37,049 nt of DNA, from positions 1 to 37,049 of the forward strand of contig CAIYMZ010000066.1 in NCBI GenBank assembly GCA_903927415.1, read 5' to 3'. Shown here piece after piece: positions 33,721-37,049 of this stretch. Made by a program: the position numbers and the translations under genes. Source of the stretch: an uncultured Alphaproteobacteria bacterium. Its GTDB lineage: Bacteria > Pseudomonadota > Alphaproteobacteria > Rickettsiales > UBA1997. Every line of letters starts with the position of its first letter. Positions within the stretch are counted from its first letter, which is position 1. The notes beneath the pieces are model-generated. The model had not been told where the DNA came from. It made no database searches and saw nothing but the letters and a program-made list of their open reading frames with translations.

Positions 33721-36570
33721 ATGATGTTCAAGGGCTCAAACAAGTTTAAAATAAAAAGTCAGCCCATCCTCAAAGCCCATTCAACTTTAAAAAAATCGAT
33801 CAATAGAAGAATTTCTTACTACCTCGCTTTGTTTTTCTTTGGAAAAAACGACTATCACCATGACAAAATCATAAAGCGCAGCGCAATTGATCCCTCATAT
33901 CCCTCAAGATTTAGAAAAATTCTCAAAAGACATGAGAGAATTTTTCATCCCAAAAAAAGAAAAAAAGAAAAAATGGATCTTGGCCGCGCCTATTCAATCT
34001 TTTCCTACGTTTTAATTTTTTTGATACTGGGTTGGATCGTTCTTAACACCTTCATGATTCATCGCAATTTTTGGATAGCCTTAGAAAAACAGGTAATATT
34101 CCAAAGTGGCGTGATCGAAAAAGCGACTACTTCGCTGATGAGCTCTGTCGACAATTACATGAACTATGTCGGTGATAAACTTTTAACCCTTAAAGGCGAA
34201 AAAGATAAAAAAATTATCGCACAAATTCTAAAAAAAACTCTGAATAAAGATGCTCTACAGAGAAACGTTTCATCTTGGATGAGCATCAGCTTCGTGGATG
34301 CCAACTCAAAAGTCATAGTCACCTCAGAAGATGGAGTTTTAAAAAAACCAATCGAACCGAAAGAATATTTTCCGATTAAAGAGGCTGAGCGGAAAAATGC
34401 TTGGCGCCTAAAGATTGGCAAAATGATCCACATCGAAACCGACATCGCTCTTTACGACATGTTGCCTGCTGCGCTACGCATTGATTATGATGATTTAAAG
34501 CCAATCGGCACTTTCATCGCTCAACTTCCAGTCGAAGTAATTCAGCGCCAAATTGATTGGGTCTTTGGCGATGAGGATGTTTGTTATATGCTGCTCGATA
34601 CCAATTACGATTTACTTGCCCATTCAACCAATTTTCCAAAAGAAAATTTTGATAAAACTGCCGTCAAATCAAAAAGCTACTTACGCGAAATAGTTGAGCA
34701 AAATCGTGGAGCTATCAACGATCCTTTGCCGCTGTCATTTAAAATGGATAAATGCGTCTTTACGCATTTTCAAAAATCACCAGAATATCACATCACTGCA
34801 ATCGCCGGCTACCATCAACATAAAGCTTTCAAAAATCTTGGCTTCCAACTTTTAGTTTCAGTTGGTCAATCAATTGGTGTGGCAATTTTTTTCATGAGCA
34901 CAATTTTCATTTTTAGGCGAATGAAAATTGGACCATTCGTGAGCGAGCTGATTAACGCTAGAATTGCGGCGGAAGCGGCAAGCGTAGCAAAAAGCCAATT
35001 CCTCTCCAACATGTCTCACGAGTTACGCACTCCGATGAATGGCATTATTGGCATGAGTCAGGCCTTACGTGAATCTGGAAAATTGCAAGATGATGAACTC
35101 GATCAGGCCAGCACAATTTATCGTTCTGCCGATGCATTGCTTATCATCCTCAATGACATTCTCAATTTTTCTAAAATCGAAGCACGAAAAATTGAGTTAG
35201 AATTGATCACCTTCAATCTACGCGATTTAGTTGAAGACGTTTCCAACTTGATGTCCTCAAGCGCCAACAATAAAGGATTGGAAATTCTCACCGACATTGA
35301 CAGCACAGTGCCATCTTCTCTGATTTGCGATCCAGGAAGAATTCGTCAAGTCATGAATAACCTCATCAACAACGCCATCAAATTCACTTCTTACGGAGAA
35401 ATTCTCATAGAAATTAATCTCGAAAAAACCGAAAATAATTCCCACTTCATCAAGTTTAACATCAGAGATAGCGGCATTGGCATTGCGCCAGAAAAAATTA
35501 AAAACATGTTTAGCGTTTTCATGCAAGTCGACATGTCCACAACCAGAAAATATGGCGGAACTGGCCTTGGCCTCTCAATTTGCAAAGAGCTAGTGGAATT
35601 GATGCATGGCCAAATCGGCATCACAAGTGAACAAGGCAAGGGCTCAAATTTCTGGTTCACGATTCCGATGCAAAAATCAGAAAATGTTGATGAGGATATT
35701 CATCTCAAACAAAAAAGTGAGTTGGTCGGCAAAAAAATTACTCTCATTGAAAATAACAAGACTGCACAGAAAGTTTTTGGTAAATATTTTAACAAACTCC
35801 AACTTCAGAATCAGATTATAAGCGTTTCCAACGACATCAACGACATAACAGAAAAAACAAATTTGGTTTTACTTGAGCTCGAAAAATCAAATAATCTTGA
35901 TGCGATTCTTATCAGTCATAATTCTCATGCCGGCATTGATGCCACTAATATTGCCGAAAAAATTAAACTCAGTGAAAAATTAAAAAATATTCCGCTGGTT
36001 CTATTGATATCAATTCAAGAAAAATTAAAAATCCCGCAAGAAAAATTAACACTTTTCAATCGCAGCATTACCAAACCAATTAAGCAGGAACGCTTGTTGA
36101 TGGCTTTGTTCTTTGTAATGAAAATTACTTATTACGAAGAGGACGGCGCCTTAATTGAAAAATCTCAAATCAAGGAGGAGGCCTTACAAACCAAGGGGCT
36201 ACATGTGTTACTCTGCGAAGATAACGAGGTAAATGTGAAAGTCGCGATGGTGATTCTAAAGCGCTTCGGCTTTCAACTTGATTTTGCCGAAAATGGTCAA
36301 GAAGCGGTGAATAAGTTTCTTCATATCAAATATGATTTGATCCTCATGGATTGCATGATGCCAGTAATGGACGGATTCGAAGCCACTAAAAAAATCAGAG
36401 AAATTGAAAAGGAAAAAGGTGTTGAAAAGCCAATATTAATTTTCGCCCTCACCGCCAATGCCAGCGAAGAAGACAGAAAAAAATGTATTGAATATGGCAT
36501 GAATGACTTTGTTTCAAAGCCAATCAGACGAGAATCGATCGATGATTTACTGCAGCGCTGGGTAAAATAA
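33721..36570 (+). CDS. membrane hybrid sensor histidine kinase (periplasmic sensor, HisKA, HATPase, pseudo-receiver, receiver)
   Basis: Two TM segments flanking ~260 aa; [48 protein letters not shown]; terminal receiver [26 protein letters not shown]. Start uncertain (33721 or 33973). Confidence 0.95.
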   Translation: MMFKGSNKFKIKSQPILKAHSTLKKSINRRISYYLALFFFGKNDYHHDKIIKRSAIDPSYPSRFRKILKRHERIFHPKKRKKEKMDLGRAYSIFSYVLIFLILGWIVLNTFMIHRNFWIALEKQVIFQSGVIEKATTSLMSSVDNYMNYVGDKLLTLKGEKDKKIIAQILKKTLNKDALQRNVSSWMSISFVDANSKVIVTSEDGVLKKPIEPKEYFPIKEAERKNAWRLKIGKMIHIETDIALYDMLPAALRIDYDDLKPIGTFIAQLPVEVIQRQIDWVFGDEDVCYMLLDTNYDLLAHSTNFPKENFDKTAVKSKSYLREIVEQNRGAINDPLPLSFKMDKCVFTHFQKSPEYHITAIAGYHQHKAFKNLGFQLLVSVGQSIGVAIFFMSTIFIFRRMKIGPFVSELINARIAAEAASVAKSQFLSNMSHELRTPMNGIIGMSQALRESGKLQDDELDQASTIYRSADALLIILNDILNFSKIEARKIELELITFNLRDLVEDVSNLMSSSANNKGLEILTDIDSTVPSSLICDPGRIRQVMNNLINNAIKFTSYGEILIEINLEKTENNSHFIKFNIRDSGIGIAPEKIKNMFSVFMQVDMSTTRKYGGTGLGLSICKELVELMHGQIGITSEQGKGSNFWFTIPMQKSENVDEDIHLKQKSELVGKKITLIENNKTAQKVFGKYFNKLQLQNQIISVSNDINDITEKTNLVLLELEKSNNLDAILISHNSHAGIDATNIAEKIKLSEKLKNIPLVLLISIQEKLKIPQEKLTLFNRSITKPIKQERLLMALFFVMKITYYEEDGALIEKSQIKEEALQTKGLHVLLCEDNEVNVKVAMVILKRFGFQLDFAENGQEAVNKFLHIKYDLILMDCMMPVMDGFEATKKIREIEKEKGVEKPILIFALTANASEEDRKKCIEYGMNDFVSKPIRRESIDDLLQRWVK

Positions 36571-36652
36571 GGTCTAACTCAAAAACGCTTCGGATTTTTT
36601 TTGGTAACACTGAAAAGAGTGATTACAAACCACCCCATCTCCTCACGTCGCC

Positions 36653-36676
36653 AAAAACAGCCATTCAGGCTGTTTT
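36653..36676 (-). terminator. probable intrinsic terminator after lepA (possibly bidirectional)
   Basis: AAAACAGCC-ATTCA-GGCTGTTTT hairpin immediately after the lepA stop. Confidence 0.7.
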
Positions 36677-36677
36677 C

Positions 36678-37049
36678 TCACTCATCCAACCGCAGCGCCG
36701 CCAAAAACGCACTCTGCGGAATCTCAACATTCCCAATCTCCCGCATTTTTTTCTTCCCCTTTTTCTGCTTATCCAAAAGTTTTCTCTTTCGAGAAATATC
36801 TCCGCCGTAGCACTTCGCAGTCACGTCTTTCCTCATCGCCGACACAGTTTCCCGCGCCACAATCTTCCCACCAATCGCCGCTTGAATCGCAATCGCAAAC
36901 ATTTGCCGCGGAATTAATTCCTTCAATTTTGCACAAATTTTTCTGCCGCGAGATTCAGCGTGAGTTTTGTGAGTGATGTATGAAAGAGCGTCCACAGGCT
37001 CTCCATTGACCATGATTGTCAGCTTCACTAAATTAGTTTCTTCGTAACC
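36678..37049 (-). CDS. lepA: elongation factor 4, 3' part (runs off window end)
   Basis: [48 protein letters not shown]. Confidence 0.97.
   Translation of the reverse strand, partial: GYEETNLVKLTIMVNGEPVDALSYITHKTHAESRGRKICAKLKELIPRQMFAIAIQAAIGGKIVARETVSAMRKDVTAKCYGGDISRKRKLLDKQKKGKKKMREIGNVEIPQSAFLAALRLDE

Noticed and set aside
29772-36570. Signalling cassette as a mobile island
   Set aside because: No integrase, transposase, tRNA or flanking direct repeats seen; a composition shift cannot be quantified by eye.

Overview
AT-rich alphaproteobacterial chromosomal window, most likely a metabolically rich Rickettsiales-like organism (inferred from the F0-only atpB-E-F'-F cluster, split nuoABC, an IalB-like gene, an ankyrin protein and RPE-like palindromes). 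It carries surface-glycan genes (two glycosyltransferases, fdtA/fdtB-like genes, rfbA) and housekeeping or biosynthetic genes (argB, bioD, def, purN, argG, folC, nuoABC, dapA, atp F0, pheT, ispH, partial lepA). It also holds a pilC/gspF-family gene, a RhuM/Fic gene and several orphan effector-like proteins, including one of 1359 aa. Two things stand out. (1) A compact five-gene cassette at 29772-36570 encodes a LuxI/FeeM-like acyltransferase, a TonB-dependent receptor, a YfiR/DUF4154 protein and an Hpt protein, divergent from a Cache-like hybrid histidine kinase; it looks like a self-contained, LuxR-free cell-cell signalling system. (2) There is a dense set of small repeats: heptamer tracts written in frame into pheT (three times) and folC, a heptamer hairpin between nuoA and nuoB, a family of GTCA-tagged palindromes (one translated inside folC, one nested in a MITE), and a REPIN-like doublet. 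No rRNA, tRNA, CRISPR array or intact transposase was seen. All calls come from reading motifs by eye; no database searches were run.
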